Positions 40,671 through 52,822 of a stretch of 64,000 nt of DNA are shown piece by piece; positions within the stretch are counted from its first letter, which is position 1, and the number at the start of each line of letters is the position of its first letter. The position numbers were made by a program, and so were the translations under genes. Origin of the DNA: Dehalococcoidia bacterium (GTDB lineage Bacteria > Chloroflexota > Dehalococcoidia > UBA6926); contig CBDBNN010000002.1 of the NCBI GenBank assembly GCA_965207895.1, forward strand, positions 92,498-156,497. Reading direction: 5' to 3'. The notes beneath the pieces were generated by a model. The model made no database searches, had not been told where the DNA came from, and worked only from the letters and a program-made list of their open reading frames with translations.

Positions 40671-41669
40671 ATGGCGGATATCTATTACGACAACGACGCG
40701 AATCTTGATCACATCAAGGATGAGGTGATCGGTGTTATCGGCTATGGCAGTCAGGGGCATGCGCACGCCTTGAATCTCAAGGACAGCGGCGCGAACGTCA
40801 TGGTCGGCCTGTATCGCGGCAGCAAGTCGTGGGCACAGGCGGAGTCCGACGGCCTTGAGGTCGGCACCGTTGAAGAGGTCGCGCAGCGCGCCAGCATCAT
40901 AATGATGCTGATCCCGGACACGCGGCAGAAGCAGGTCTATGAGGAGTCCATCGCGCCCCTTCTGGACGATGGTAAGACGCTGATGTTCGCGCACGGCTTC
41001 AATATCCATTACAGCCAGATCGTGCCGCCGCCCGGCGTGGACGTGACCATGATCGCTCCAAAGGCGCCGGGACATCGCGTGCGGCAGCTCTTTGAAAAGG
41101 GCGTCGGAACCCCTGCCCTGCTGGCGATTCATCAGGACGTGACTGAGGGCGCACGTGCGCGTGCGCTGGGCTACGCAAAGGGCATCGGCGCGACCAAAGC
41201 GGGCGTCATCGAGACGACGTTCGCCGAGGAAACAATCACCGATCTGTTCGGCGAGCAAGCCGTCCTCTGCGGCGGAATCACCAGCCTGGTCAAGGCCGGG
41301 TTTGAGACGCTGGTCAAGGCGGGCTATCAGCCTGAGATCGCGTATTTCGAGTGCCTGCATGAGATGAAGCTCATCGTTGACCTCATCTACCAGGGCGGGC
41401 TGGAGTACATGCGGTATTCCGTGAGCGATACCGCCGAGTACGGCGACTATGTGTCCGGGCCTCGGCTCATTGACGACGGCGCGAAAGAGCGCATGCAGCA
41501 GATTCTTGAAGAGGTCCAGGACGGGACGTTCGCCCGTCAGTGGATCCTGGAAAACCAGGCCGGTCGCCCAAGCTTCAACGCGCTCAAGGCGGCGGACACG
41601 ACACACCTGATCGAAGTTGTGGGGCGCGATCTGCGTGCAATGATGCCCTGGCTCAAGGACACGGTCTAA
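40671..41669 (+). CDS. ilvC: Ketol-acid reductoisomerase
   Basis: [46 protein letters not shown]. Confidence 0.97.
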   Translation: MADIYYDNDANLDHIKDEVIGVIGYGSQGHAHALNLKDSGANVMVGLYRGSKSWAQAESDGLEVGTVEEVAQRASIIMMLIPDTRQKQVYEESIAPLLDDGKTLMFAHGFNIHYSQIVPPPGVDVTMIAPKAPGHRVRQLFEKGVGTPALLAIHQDVTEGARARALGYAKGIGATKAGVIETTFAEETITDLFGEQAVLCGGITSLVKAGFETLVKAGYQPEIAYFECLHEMKLIVDLIYQGGLEYMRYSVSDTAEYGDYVSGPRLIDDGAKERMQQILEEVQDGTFARQWILENQAGRPSFNALKAADTTHLIEVVGRDLRAMMPWLKDTV

Positions 41670-41862
41670 GCGGACATTATTCCAATGACTGCGATGTCAC
41701 ATACCGACTCATCCCGGCGCGTATTGGGCGCCGGATGCGGCGGCAACCTCTACCTTACAGGCGCGCTCATGCTGCGGGGACGCTAGCAGGTGGGCGCGCG
41801 CAAACAGGGAAGAGGCGCGGCCTGACAGGCCGCGGAACACCTACAGATAAAGGACATCAGTC

Positions 41863-43407
41863 ATGGCTGAGCAGGAACGAATAACAATCTTTGATACCAC
41901 GCTCCGTGACGGGGAGCAGGCGGCGGGCGCAGGCCTCAATTGGGAGGAGAAGCTGGAAATAGCCCGCCAGCTGGAGCGTCTTGGAGTAGACGTTATTGAG
42001 GCGGGATTCCCCGCCTCATCCCCGGGTAATCTTGAAACCGTGCAGCGCATCGCGCGAGAAGTGCGTGAGCCGGTCATTGCTGGACTCGCCCGCTGTGTGC
42101 CCGGGGACATCGACGCCGCATGGGAGGCCGTGCAAGTCGCGGACAAGCCGCGCATCCACGTCTTCATCTCCAGTTCCGATATTCACCTGACGCACCAACT
42201 CCGCAAGAGCCCCGAAGAAGTGATGGAGCAAGCCATCACGTCTGTCGAGCGGGCGAAGAGCTACTGTGACAATGTCGAGTTCTCTCCGATGGACGCCACC
42301 CGAACGGACTGGGATTTCATCTATCGCCTCGTGACCGAAGCGATCAAGGCCGGCGCGACGACAATCAACATCCCGGACACGGTCGGCTACGCCATTCCTG
42401 ACGAATTCGGACGGCTCATCGCCAGCGTGTTTGAGAACGTCAAGAACATCAGCAATGCGACGGTCAGCGTGCATTGCCACAACGATTTGGGACTCGCGTC
42501 AGCCAATTCCATCGCAGCCGTCCAGAACGGCGCGCGGCAAGTTGAGGTTTGCGTGAACGGCATCGGCGAGCGCGCGGGCAACGCATCGCTGGAAGAAGTC
42601 GTCATGGCCATCCACACCCGAGAAGACCTGCTCGGTTTTACGACTGGTGTCGACACAAGCCAGATTTACCGTGCCAGCCGAATGGTCAGCGACTACACCG
42701 GCTTCGCGGTGCAGCCCAACAAGGCCATCGTCGGACTCAACGCCTTCCGACATGAGTCCGGCATCCACCAGGACGCCATGCTCAAGGCGCCAATCACGTT
42801 TGAGATCATGACCCCGCAGTCCGTCGGCGTGCCTGGCACAGCGCTCGTGCTGGGCCGCCAGAGCGGCAGCCATGCACTGGAAGCCCGCCTGCATGACCTG
42901 GGCTATGACGTGTCCAAGGAGGACCTCGGGCGCGTCTACGTTGCCTTCAAGGATCTCGCTGATAAGAAGGAGAGCGTGACGGATCGCGACCTCGAGACCC
43001 TGATGGGCGAGGATCGCCGGTCGACCGGCGACGACATCTACATACTGGAACATGTGCAGGCATTGAGCGGCTCGCCCGCCGTGCCCACCGCCACCGTGCG
43101 GATAATTGACCCGGAGGGAGAGGCACAGACGGCAAGCGCCGTCGGCACGGGCCCCGTGGACGCCGTCTACCAGGCCATCACGCAAATCGTTGGAGTAAAC
43201 AATCACCTTGTTGAGTACCGCGTGGAGGCGGTTACGGAGGGGCTGGATTCCATCGCCGACGTAACGCTAAGAATTGAGCATGAAGGAACGAATTACATCG
43301 GGCGCGGCGCGGACACGGATATTGTCGTTGCCAGCGCGCGAGCGTATGTCGATTCGCTTAACCGCCTGCTCGCATCCAGGCAGCGCGCGACAAGCGTGAT
43401 GGCATAA
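41863..43407 (+). CDS. leuA: 2-isopropylmalate synthase
   Basis: [40 protein letters not shown]-terminal regulatory domain. Confidence 0.96.
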   Translation: MAEQERITIFDTTLRDGEQAAGAGLNWEEKLEIARQLERLGVDVIEAGFPASSPGNLETVQRIAREVREPVIAGLARCVPGDIDAAWEAVQVADKPRIHVFISSSDIHLTHQLRKSPEEVMEQAITSVERAKSYCDNVEFSPMDATRTDWDFIYRLVTEAIKAGATTINIPDTVGYAIPDEFGRLIASVFENVKNISNATVSVHCHNDLGLASANSIAAVQNGARQVEVCVNGIGERAGNASLEEVVMAIHTREDLLGFTTGVDTSQIYRASRMVSDYTGFAVQPNKAIVGLNAFRHESGIHQDAMLKAPITFEIMTPQSVGVPGTALVLGRQSGSHALEARLHDLGYDVSKEDLGRVYVAFKDLADKKESVTDRDLETLMGEDRRSTGDDIYILEHVQALSGSPAVPTATVRIIDPEGEAQTASAVGTGPVDAVYQAITQIVGVNNHLVEYRVEAVTEGLDSIADVTLRIEHEGTNYIGRGADTDIVVASARAYVDSLNRLLASRQRATSVMA

Positions 43408-43435
43408 CTCACACACGAAGGAGTTTGCACCGAAC

Positions 43436-44872
43436 ATGACATCGCAAGGGGATAGGGGAATGCAACCACGGACGATGTTCGAGAAGATCTGGGACGCCCA
43501 TCTCGTCCGCGAGCAGGCGGGCGAGCCATCTCTAATTTACGTTGATCTTCATCTGGTGCATGAGGTGACGTCGCCGCAGGCATATGAGGGACTGCGGCTG
43601 GCCGGGCGCAAGGTGCGGCGGCCTGATCTCACCATTGCGACGGTCGATCACAACGTGCCAACTACCGATCGTTCGCTGCCCATCGAGGACCCCATCTCCA
43701 AACAGCAGATCGAAACCCTGGCTCAGAACACCAAAGACTTCGGCATCACGTACTACGACATGCACGATGAGAACCAGGGCATCGTCCACGTGATCGGGCC
43801 GCAGTTGGGACACACACAACCCGGCAAGGTCATTGTGTGCGGCGACAGCCACACAGCGACGCACGGCGCGTTTGGCGCGTTCGCGCTGGGCATCGGCACG
43901 TCTGAGGTTGAGCACGTGCTGGCCACACAAACACTACGGCAGTTCAAGCCCAAGACGATGGAGGTTCGAGTCGACGGCGAACTGCCTCCGGGCGTGACGG
44001 CAAAGGACATCATCCTCGGCATCATCGGCAAGATTGGCACGTCCGGAGGCGCGGGTTACGTCATTGAATACACAGGCGAGGCCATCCGCGCGTTGCCGAT
44101 GGAAGGCCGCATGACGGTCTGCAATATGTCCATCGAGGGAGGCGCGCGCGCCGGCATGATCGCGCCCGATGAGACTACTTTTGATTGGTTGCGTGGCCGC
44201 AAGTTCGTTCCGCAGGGCGAGGAATACGACGAGGCGATTGAACGCTGGAAGGAACTGGCCACCGATGAGGGCGCAGAGTACGACGTTGTCGTGGAATTGG
44301 ACGCCAGTGAACTCCGCCCACACGTGACGTGGGGTACGAATCCCGAGCAGGTCGTCACCATCGAGGACTCCGTGCCCAACCCGGCAGAGCTGCCGGAGGA
44401 CAAGCGTGAGGCGGCAGAACGCGCCCTCGCGTATATGGGCCTCGAAGCGGGAACGAGCATCAAGGACATCGAGATTGACCGCGTCTTTATCGGCTCTTGC
44501 ACGAACTCACGCCTTGCCGACCTGCGGGCCGCGGCGGACATGGTGCGTGGACGGCAGGTGCATCCGAACGTGAACGCGATGGTGGTTCCCGGCTCCGCGC
44601 TAGTCAAGTGGCAGGCGGAGAAAGAGGGGCTGGACGCCGTGTTCACGGAGGCGGGATTTGAGTGGCGCGCCGCGGGATGCTCCATGTGCCTCGGCATGAA
44701 TCCTGACATCTTGATGCCGCAGGAGCGATGCGCGTCTACGTCCAACCGCAACTTTGAGGGCCGTCAAGGCAAGGATGGCCGCACGCATCTGGTCAGCCCG
44801 CAGATGGCGGCGGCGGCGGCCATTGCGGGTCGATTCGTCGATATTCGCGAGTGGGAAGCAACGTCGGCGTAG
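43436..44872 (+). CDS. leuC: 3-isopropylmalate dehydratase large subunit (alternative start 43460)
   Basis: [44 protein letters not shown]. Confidence 0.97.
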   Translation: MTSQGDRGMQPRTMFEKIWDAHLVREQAGEPSLIYVDLHLVHEVTSPQAYEGLRLAGRKVRRPDLTIATVDHNVPTTDRSLPIEDPISKQQIETLAQNTKDFGITYYDMHDENQGIVHVIGPQLGHTQPGKVIVCGDSHTATHGAFGAFALGIGTSEVEHVLATQTLRQFKPKTMEVRVDGELPPGVTAKDIILGIIGKIGTSGGAGYVIEYTGEAIRALPMEGRMTVCNMSIEGGARAGMIAPDETTFDWLRGRKFVPQGEEYDEAIERWKELATDEGAEYDVVVELDASELRPHVTWGTNPEQVVTIEDSVPNPAELPEDKREAAERALAYMGLEAGTSIKDIEIDRVFIGSCTNSRLADLRAAADMVRGRQVHPNVNAMVVPGSALVKWQAEKEGLDAVFTEAGFEWRAAGCSMCLGMNPDILMPQERCASTSNRNFEGRQGKDGRTHLVSPQMAAAAAIAGRFVDIREWEATSA

Positions 44873-44894
44873 GGCCAATAGACGGGAGCAAAAC

Positions 44895-45494
44895 ATGGAG
44901 AAGTTTGTTTCGCATACTGGGGCGACAGCGCCGATGGATCGGTCCAACGTGGACACGGACTCGATCATTCCCAAGCAGTTCCTCAAGCGCGTTGAGCGAA
45001 CGGGCTACGGGCCGTTTCTGTTCTTTGATTGGCGCTACACGCCGGACGGCGGTGAGAACCCGGAGTTCGTGCTGAACAAGCCCGGCTACCGCGAAGCTAC
45101 GATCCTCGTGGCAGGACCGAATTTTGGCAGCGGATCCAGCCGTGAGCACGCCCCGTGGGCGCTGCAGCAGTTCGGATTCCAGGCGGTCATCTCATCAACA
45201 TTCGCGGACATCTTCTACAACAACTGCTTCGAGAACGGCCTGCTGCCAGTACAGCTGCCTGAAGAAGTCGTACGGCAAATCCTGGACCGCATCCGCCCCG
45301 GCTATGAACTGACTGTCGATCTCGAGAAGCAGCTCGTCTACGACCGCGAGGGGTTCGAGGCGTATTTCGAGATCGATCCGTTCCGCAAGTACTGTCTGCT
45401 AAACGGGCTGGACAGCATCGGCCTCACCATGCAGCACGAGGACGACATCTCCGCTTATGAGGAGCGCGCGGGCCTTGAGCCCGTTGCCTCATAA
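44895..45494 (+). CDS. leuD: 3-isopropylmalate dehydratase small subunit
   Basis: [38 protein letters not shown]; ATG at 44895 with a GGGAG SD. Confidence 0.96.
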   Translation: MEKFVSHTGATAPMDRSNVDTDSIIPKQFLKRVERTGYGPFLFFDWRYTPDGGENPEFVLNKPGYREATILVAGPNFGSGSSREHAPWALQQFGFQAVISSTFADIFYNNCFENGLLPVQLPEEVVRQILDRIRPGYELTVDLEKQLVYDREGFEAYFEIDPFRKYCLLNGLDSIGLTMQHEDDISAYEERAGLEPVAS

Positions 45495-45499
45495 GCCTG

Positions 45500-46645
45500 G
45501 TGAATTATTCGATTGCGCTGATGCCGGGGGACGGCATCGGCCCTGAAGTCACCGCGCAGGCCGTGCGGATGCTTGCAGCCGTCGGCGAGCGGTTCGGCCA
45601 TTCCTTTGAGTATCAGAAGGCGCTTGTTGGCGGCGCGGCTATCGACGCCACAGGCAGCGCCCTGCCGGATGAATCGCTAAACATCGCGATACAGTCCGAC
45701 TCCATCCTGTTCGGCGCGGTCGGCGGCCCCAAGTGGGACGATCCGCGCGCTGCCACCCGTCCAGAAGCAGGGCTGCTCGCGCTACGACGCGGCATGGGAC
45801 TATTCGCTAACCTGCGGCCCGTCAAGGTCGTACCGGAGTTGCTCGGAGCCTCGCCCATCAAGAGCACAGTCATCGACGGAGTCGACCTGATTGTTGTCAG
45901 AGAACTAACGGGCGGGCTGTATTTCGCAGAGCCGAAGAAACGTTGGGACGATTCACAGGGCCGCAAGGCAGTGGACACGCTCAAGTACACGGAGAAGGAG
46001 ATCCGGCGCGTCCTGCAGGTGGGATTTGACCTTGCTCGTGGACGGCGCGGACGGCTGGCATCCGTAGACAAGGCGAACGTGCTGGCATCGTCACGTCTGT
46101 GGCGCGAGGTGGCGCAGGAAATGGCGGAGGAGAACCCGGATGTGTCCGTCAGCCACATCCTCGTCGACGCCTGCGCCATGATGCTCATCCAGCGACCGGC
46201 CGAGTTCGACGTTATCGTCACAGAGAACATGTTCGGCGATATCCTGACGGACGAGGCGTCCGTGTTGGCGGGCTCGATGGGTATGCTGCCGTCGGCCAGC
46301 CTCGGCACAAAGAAGATTCGCAAACGTGGCGGCGGATTGTACGGCATGTACGAGCCGATACACGGCTCCGCGCCGGATATCGCCGGACAGGGAATTGCGA
46401 ATCCGCTGGCGGCAATCTCAAGCGCCGCCATGATGCTGCGACTCTCATTCGGGCTGAACGAGGAGGCCGACGCCGTTGAGGCGGCAGTCGATGCAACGTT
46501 GGCAGCGGGTTACCGCACGGCGGACGTGGCAGGCGTTGGCGTTGCAGATTCAAACACGCAGGTGGTCAAGACCACGCAGATGGCGGACGCAGTCATTGAG
46601 AGAATCGAGAATCCTGAGCGCGCGCGGGTACCTCGGCCGCTATAG
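45500..46645 (+). CDS. leuB: 3-isopropylmalate dehydrogenase
   Basis: [46 protein letters not shown]. Confidence 0.97.
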   Translation: MNYSIALMPGDGIGPEVTAQAVRMLAAVGERFGHSFEYQKALVGGAAIDATGSALPDESLNIAIQSDSILFGAVGGPKWDDPRAATRPEAGLLALRRGMGLFANLRPVKVVPELLGASPIKSTVIDGVDLIVVRELTGGLYFAEPKKRWDDSQGRKAVDTLKYTEKEIRRVLQVGFDLARGRRGRLASVDKANVLASSRLWREVAQEMAEENPDVSVSHILVDACAMMLIQRPAEFDVIVTENMFGDILTDEASVLAGSMGMLPSASLGTKKIRKRGGGLYGMYEPIHGSAPDIAGQGIANPLAAISSAAMMLRLSFGLNEEADAVEAAVDATLAAGYRTADVAGVGVADSNTQVVKTTQMADAVIERIENPERARVPRPL

Positions 46646-46685
46646 CCTATAGTTGTTGCATAGGGACAAGGCAGAGGACAGCGTC

Positions 46686-48311
<1,626 letters not shown>

Positions 48312-48312
48312 T

Positions 48313-49185
48313 ATGGCCCCGCCCAGCAAGTTTTTTGAACAGGGCGACAATGGCGTCGCCCGTTTCATCAAAGACGGCGATGAGGTCGTCATGGCCGGCG
48401 TCAACCGCATGCACTTCTATCGCCTCACGGGCACGACACCGGAAGAGGCGACAGATGAGCAAGTAGAAAAGTTCTTTGAACTGCGGTCACAGGAGGACGA
48501 GACCGGCGAGCGCGTGACGGATAAGCTCCCCACCGAGTCCGCGACGGACATGGTGACGCGCGAACTCAAGATCTTGAATCTGCCGCAGGTCATGAATCCC
48601 AGTGACCCCCTTGAAGAAGAGCTCAACCAGCCGCCAATGGCCGCGCCGCCGGTTAGTCAGGGAATGGACCCGCAACCGAGGCAGGCTACACGACCACTTG
48701 ACCGTCCGGTGCCACCGCCAAGCACAAGCCCGCTCGGTGCGCCCCCGCGCTACCAGCCGGGCGGCGGTCTGCCGCCTGCGCCGCGTTACTCGCCAACCGA
48801 AAGTGGTGCTCCACCCTCTGCCCCACCACAGACTCAGCCAAGTGCCGTCAGCACGCCGCAAAGCCGCTATGTCCGCGCCGACGGCAGCGTGTTGTGGATC
48901 CAGACGCCGGAGGGTGAAGAGGAGCGGGTGACGCAGTACATGCGAACACATTTCCTGCGTTTGATCGAGAAGGACATCGAGCACGCCGACGACGCGGATA
49001 TCGAGCTGTGGTGGAAATCGCAGGGCAGCCTCGATGCCGGCACAACGATGCAAGAGGCCCAGTCCCAAAACATGCTCGCAGAGGCCCTTAAGGCGGCCGG
49101 GAAACTCAAGGTGCAGGAACTGGAACTGCTTCGGCAGATCGTGGACTCATGGCTCACATCCCGCCGCAGTGAGAGCGGGGATTAG
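48313..49185 (+). CDS. Hypothetical protein: two homologous domains joined by a Pro-rich linker
   Basis: Starts 1 nt after the cimA stop; repeats RMHFYRL...ATDEQVE and RTHFLRL...ADDADIE flank a P-rich segment. Confidence 0.75.
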   Translation: MAPPSKFFEQGDNGVARFIKDGDEVVMAGVNRMHFYRLTGTTPEEATDEQVEKFFELRSQEDETGERVTDKLPTESATDMVTRELKILNLPQVMNPSDPLEEELNQPPMAAPPVSQGMDPQPRQATRPLDRPVPPPSTSPLGAPPRYQPGGGLPPAPRYSPTESGAPPSAPPQTQPSAVSTPQSRYVRADGSVLWIQTPEGEEERVTQYMRTHFLRLIEKDIEHADDADIELWWKSQGSLDAGTTMQEAQSQNMLAEALKAAGKLKVQELELLRQIVDSWLTSRRSESGD

Positions 49186-49215
49186 ATTCCTGGGATACTA
49201 CCTTAGCTTTTCAGC

Positions 49216-49578
49216 TTATTGACTCTGCTGTCGCTCCCACGGCTTGTCCGCCGGCATCGCCGCTGCGAGCGTTGAAATCAGAAAGCCGGGGATGATGAGC
49301 ACTCCTACCCTCGTCAAATCGCTGAAGATGATAACAACGAGGGCGAACGACGCGATGATCATTACGACTAGCCCGTCCGCCTTGCCTTGTGTCCGCCGCA
49401 TAGCTCCCACGAGCACTCCCAGAAACGACACCGCGCCCACCGTCACGATTGCCGCAAACGGCAGCACGCTATCACCGATGAACAACTCCGGAACAACGAC
49501 AGCCCGATACCAGACGACCGTGGCGGCCAGTGTGATCCAGCCCACGCCCGCGGCGATGGCAGCGACAATCAGGCACAT
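49216..49578 (-). CDS. Small four-TM hypothetical membrane protein
   Basis: Four hydrophobic segments; 1-nt TGATG overlap with the upstream JAB gene. Confidence 0.65.
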   Translation of the reverse strand: MCLIVAAIAAGVGWITLAATVVWYRAVVVPELFIGDSVLPFAAIVTVGAVSFLGVLVGAMRRTQGKADGLVVMIIASFALVVIIFSDLTRVGVLIIPGFLISTLAAAMPADKPWERQQSQ

Positions 49579-50063
49579 CAGGCGGAGTTGGGAACCGGAC
49601 TCTCTATGACGCGAAGCTCGTGCTCCTCAACAAGGAAATCACCGTCTGTGTCAGTATTTGGTGGTGAGATAGAGTAGGCCCGCACAACCGGCTCGTCCTT
49701 ATTTTCGAGGGAGACCAGCAGGTAATAGGAGTCCGGCCAGATTGGATCCTTCGTCCCCGGCCAAAACGCCAGGTTCTGATCCGTCTTGGACGGATACGCC
49801 TGCGACCGCGTATGGGAGTGGTAGAAACCCCACAGCGTCCAACCGTTTGCGGAGCATTCTTCGTCGATGGAGGCATATTCCAGCGGGGCCATCTGGTAAC
49901 GGAATGGCTTGTTCTTCTCGTCAACGATGTTCGTCACACGACGCGTGCCAATGACCGCCCCATTCTCGCCGATCAGGATGCCGCAGCACTCGTTCGGGTC
50001 ATCTTCCTGTGCGTGGGCGATCATCTCATCGACAAATTGTCGAGGTATCTCTAGGGAGGCCAT
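49578..50063 (-). CDS. Mov34/MPN/JAB metalloprotease (Mec / CysO-Cys peptidase-like, M67)
   Basis: AHAQEDDPNECCGIL and FYHSHTRSQAYPSKTD match the JAMM motif E..HxHx7Sx2D. Confidence 0.88.
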   Translation of the reverse strand: MASLEIPRQFVDEMIAHAQEDDPNECCGILIGENGAVIGTRRVTNIVDEKNKPFRYQMAPLEYASIDEECSANGWTLWGFYHSHTRSQAYPSKTDQNLAFWPGTKDPIWPDSYYLLVSLENKDEPVVRAYSISPPNTDTDGDFLVEEHELRVIESPVPNSA

Positions 50064-50076
50064 GAATTAACTCTCC

Positions 50077-51117
50077 TCAGGGGTGGACATGTAGTTCTTG
50101 TTGTTCGGTGATATGTCCAATCACGGCACCGCTGGTGCTGCGGGATTCGAGGGCCTTTAGCAGCGCATCGCGCTTGTCAGCGGACACGGCGATGAGCAGA
50201 CCCCCCGATGTCTGCGCGTCCATCAGCATGATTCTGGCCGCCTCACTCACGTCCGGATGCCAAGTGACGTTTTTCTCAATCCACATGCGATTGCGGCCTG
50301 TTCCGCCGGGAACAAAGCCTCGATCGATCATTTCCCATGCGGCGGGAATCGTCGGTATGTCTGACACGGATAGAGTCGCGCCGACCTTGCTGCCATCAAG
50401 CATTCCCTTGAGGTGTCCCAGTAGGCCGAATCCCGTTATGTCCGTGCAGGCATTCACGCCCACCTCAATCATCGCCTCCGACGCATCGCGGTTCAGTTGA
50501 GCCATAACGGCAACAACCTCGGCGAGCGTGTCAGCGTCAAGCGCGCCGTTCTTGTGTGCAGTCGTGAGCACGCCGGAGCCAAGTGGTTTTGTCAGTATGA
50601 GAGCGTCACCGGGCTGTGCACCCACATTCGCCACTTGGTGGCCGGGCTGCACGATGCCGGTGACAGAGAGACCGTACTTTGGCTCAGGATCCTCAATGGT
50701 GTGGCCGCCAGCGATGAGCGTGCCAGCCTCAGCCGCCTTATCTCCACCGCCCTTCAGAATCCGGCCAAGGATTTCCTTATCAAGCGCGTCCGGAAACGCA
50801 GCAACGTTGAGGGCGATGACGGGATGGCCGCCCATGGCATACACATCACTGAGTGCGTTGGCCGCGGCAATCGCCCCGTAGTCATACGGGTCATCAACGA
50901 CGGGCGGAAAGAAATCGATGGTCTGGATAAGCGCAATGTCATCCGTCAGACGATAGACAGCAGCATCGTCACCGGTCGAAATTCCGACCAGCAAATTGGG
51001 GTCGGTGACGGGTGGCAGATTGCGCAGGACCTGCGCAAGCTCGGCGGGGCCGAGTTTAGCCGCTCAACCGGCGCAGTGGGACAGGCTTGTGAGCCTCACC
51101 TGTTCCGAAGTCGACAT
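50077..51117 (-). CDS. selD: Selenide, water dikinase with in-frame Sec (TGA 51066-51064)
   Basis: MSTSEQVRLTSLSHCAG-U-AAKLGPAELAQVL continues in frame into the tracked ORF 50077..50994 (GDDAAV, TIDFFPPVVDDP, NALSDVYAMG, GGHT, TDITGFGLLGH, DAQTSGGLL). 346 aa in total; SD GGAGG. Confidence 0.95.
51020..51038 (-). promoter_or_regulatory. Candidate SECIS hairpin of selD
   Basis: TTGCGCAG-GTC-CTGCGCAA, with the loop 33 nt after UGA; resembles the E. coli fdhF apical GCAGGUCUGC hairpin. Confidence 0.7.
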
Positions 51118-51203
51118 GTGAATCCCTATCCTCCGTTGCGCCGCATGAAGGCGGCAGTGCTTCAAGTATAGCGGGCGCCTTCGTCATGTAGAGTAGAGGA
51201 GTC

Positions 51204-52007
51204 ATGCCACATGTGAACCTTGGTGGGGAGTCCGTTTACTACGATTCCTCTCATGAGCTTGGCGGGGCCTCACCGGGCGCGCGCATCCTCTTCATACACG
51301 GCCCGGGGGCGGATCATCGCCTGTTCGCAGATCAGATGAGATTCTTTGGGCCGTCCCAGACGCCAGTCGCCCTGGATCTGCTGGGGCACGGGCAGTCAAG
51401 CGGTGAGGCGCTGGAGGACGTACCGGACTGGGCATCATTCCTTGAAGAGTTCATCGACAAACTTCGACTCGCTCCCGTCGTGCTCGTCGGACATTCTTTG
51501 GGCGGAGCAATCGCCATAGAGTACGCGAGTCGGCATCCACGGCTGGTTGAGGGCCTGGTGCTGATCGGAACGGGAATCACGTTCCCGTGGGCGGCGGACA
51601 CGGCGGCAGACCTATTGGAAGACCCCGAAGGTTTTCTCAAAAACCACGCGTTGCGCGGCCTGCGAGAGCCGCATATGCCCTTGTCAGCTGAGGCCCTGAC
51701 GGCCGCGCGCGCGGAGCAGCGACCCATGTCTACGATTCGAGATTTCGTCGCAGCGGCAAAGTGGGACGCCACCTCACGGCTTGAGTCCATTCAGACACCG
51801 ACGCTTATCATCTACGGCGAGGATGATCCGCTTGTTTCGCAGGCGAGGCAAATGCTGGGGGCGATCCAGCATGCTTCATTCGATACGATTCCCCTGTCAC
51901 GCCATTTCCCGCACCTTGAGATGCCGGACATCCTCAACGATTCGCTGAATCGTTTCGTGACAATAGTGCCGGATCTCACATACGTGGCGGGCGGAACAGA
52001 ACCTTAA
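51204..52007 (+). CDS. Alpha/beta fold hydrolase
   Basis: LFIHGPG, DLLGHGQS, VGHSLGG (GxSxG), IYGEDD, RHFPHLE. Confidence 0.88.
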   Translation: MPHVNLGGESVYYDSSHELGGASPGARILFIHGPGADHRLFADQMRFFGPSQTPVALDLLGHGQSSGEALEDVPDWASFLEEFIDKLRLAPVVLVGHSLGGAIAIEYASRHPRLVEGLVLIGTGITFPWAADTAADLLEDPEGFLKNHALRGLREPHMPLSAEALTAARAEQRPMSTIRDFVAAAKWDATSRLESIQTPTLIIYGEDDPLVSQARQMLGAIQHASFDTIPLSRHFPHLEMPDILNDSLNRFVTIVPDLTYVAGGTEP

Positions 52008-52810
52008 TCCTTGCCCCTGCGGTTGACACGCCGGGCGATGGTGGCCGCCATCACGCCGGCGGCAATGCCGTTGTCAATGTTGACGACGGCAAGTCCAAGC
52101 GAGCAGGACTGCAGCATAGTTGAAAGAGCGCCGATGCCCTCACCGCCGTAGCCTGTCCCGGTTGACGTGGGTACCGCAATGATAGGTAGCTCAAGGAGTC
52201 CTGCAGCGACAGGCGCAAGTCCACCCTCCTGCCCCGCAATCACAACGACAACTTCCGGGTCAAACTCAACGACTTCCTTCAGCGCCGGGAAAAGCCGGTG
52301 CAGGCCGGATACGCCAACGTCTGAATGCAGTGCGGTTTCCACGCCCAGCATCTCCGCAATCAATTGGGTCTGCAGGGCGATGGGCATGTCTGACGTTCCC
52401 GCAGTGATGATGGCGGCCCTGCCGATTCGTTCCGGTTCCGGCTTGTCCGTGTTGCGGGCAATGAGGATGCCGGCCGACGGTTCAAAACGAATCAGGGCAT
52501 CGGGACGGGCGGCACGAATAGCTGCTTCATGGTCCGGCGTCGCGCTTGAAAGGGCAACGATGCCGGGCTCTTCAAGGAACGGAAGGGCCAACTCGATAGC
52601 CTGGTCGACGCTCTTTCCTGCGCAGCGAACAATCTCCGGCTTGCCGGTGCGGGCAAGACGGCCAAGATCGAGGTTAGCGAGGTCGCCAACCTCCTTGATT
52701 GCATGAAGTTTGAGGCGGCGCTGTGCCTCTTCCGTGGTTATCTCGCCGTTGGCGAGGGCCTGAAGGATATCGCGCACGTTGTTGTTCGAGCCTCGGAGGG
52801 CAGTTGCCAA
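52004..52810 (-). CDS. larB: NPN-cofactor carboxylase/hydrolase LarB
   Basis: ANLDLGR..RTGKPEIV...K, ITAGTSDMPIA, DVGVSGLHRL, AGQEGGLAPVAAGL, PTSTGTGYG, ML.SCS.GLAVVNIDNG. Confidence 0.9.
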   Translation of the reverse strand: MATALRGSNNNVRDILQALANGEITTEEAQRRLKLHAIKEVGDLANLDLGRLARTGKPEIVRCAGKSVDQAIELALPFLEEPGIVALSSATPDHEAAIRAARPDALIRFEPSAGILIARNTDKPEPERIGRAAIITAGTSDMPIALQTQLIAEMLGVETALHSDVGVSGLHRLFPALKEVVEFDPEVVVVIAGQEGGLAPVAAGLLELPIIAVPTSTGTGYGGEGIGALSTMLQSCSLGLAVVNIDNGIAAGVMAATIARRVNRRGKD

Positions 52811-52822
52811 TCGCTCAGAGGT

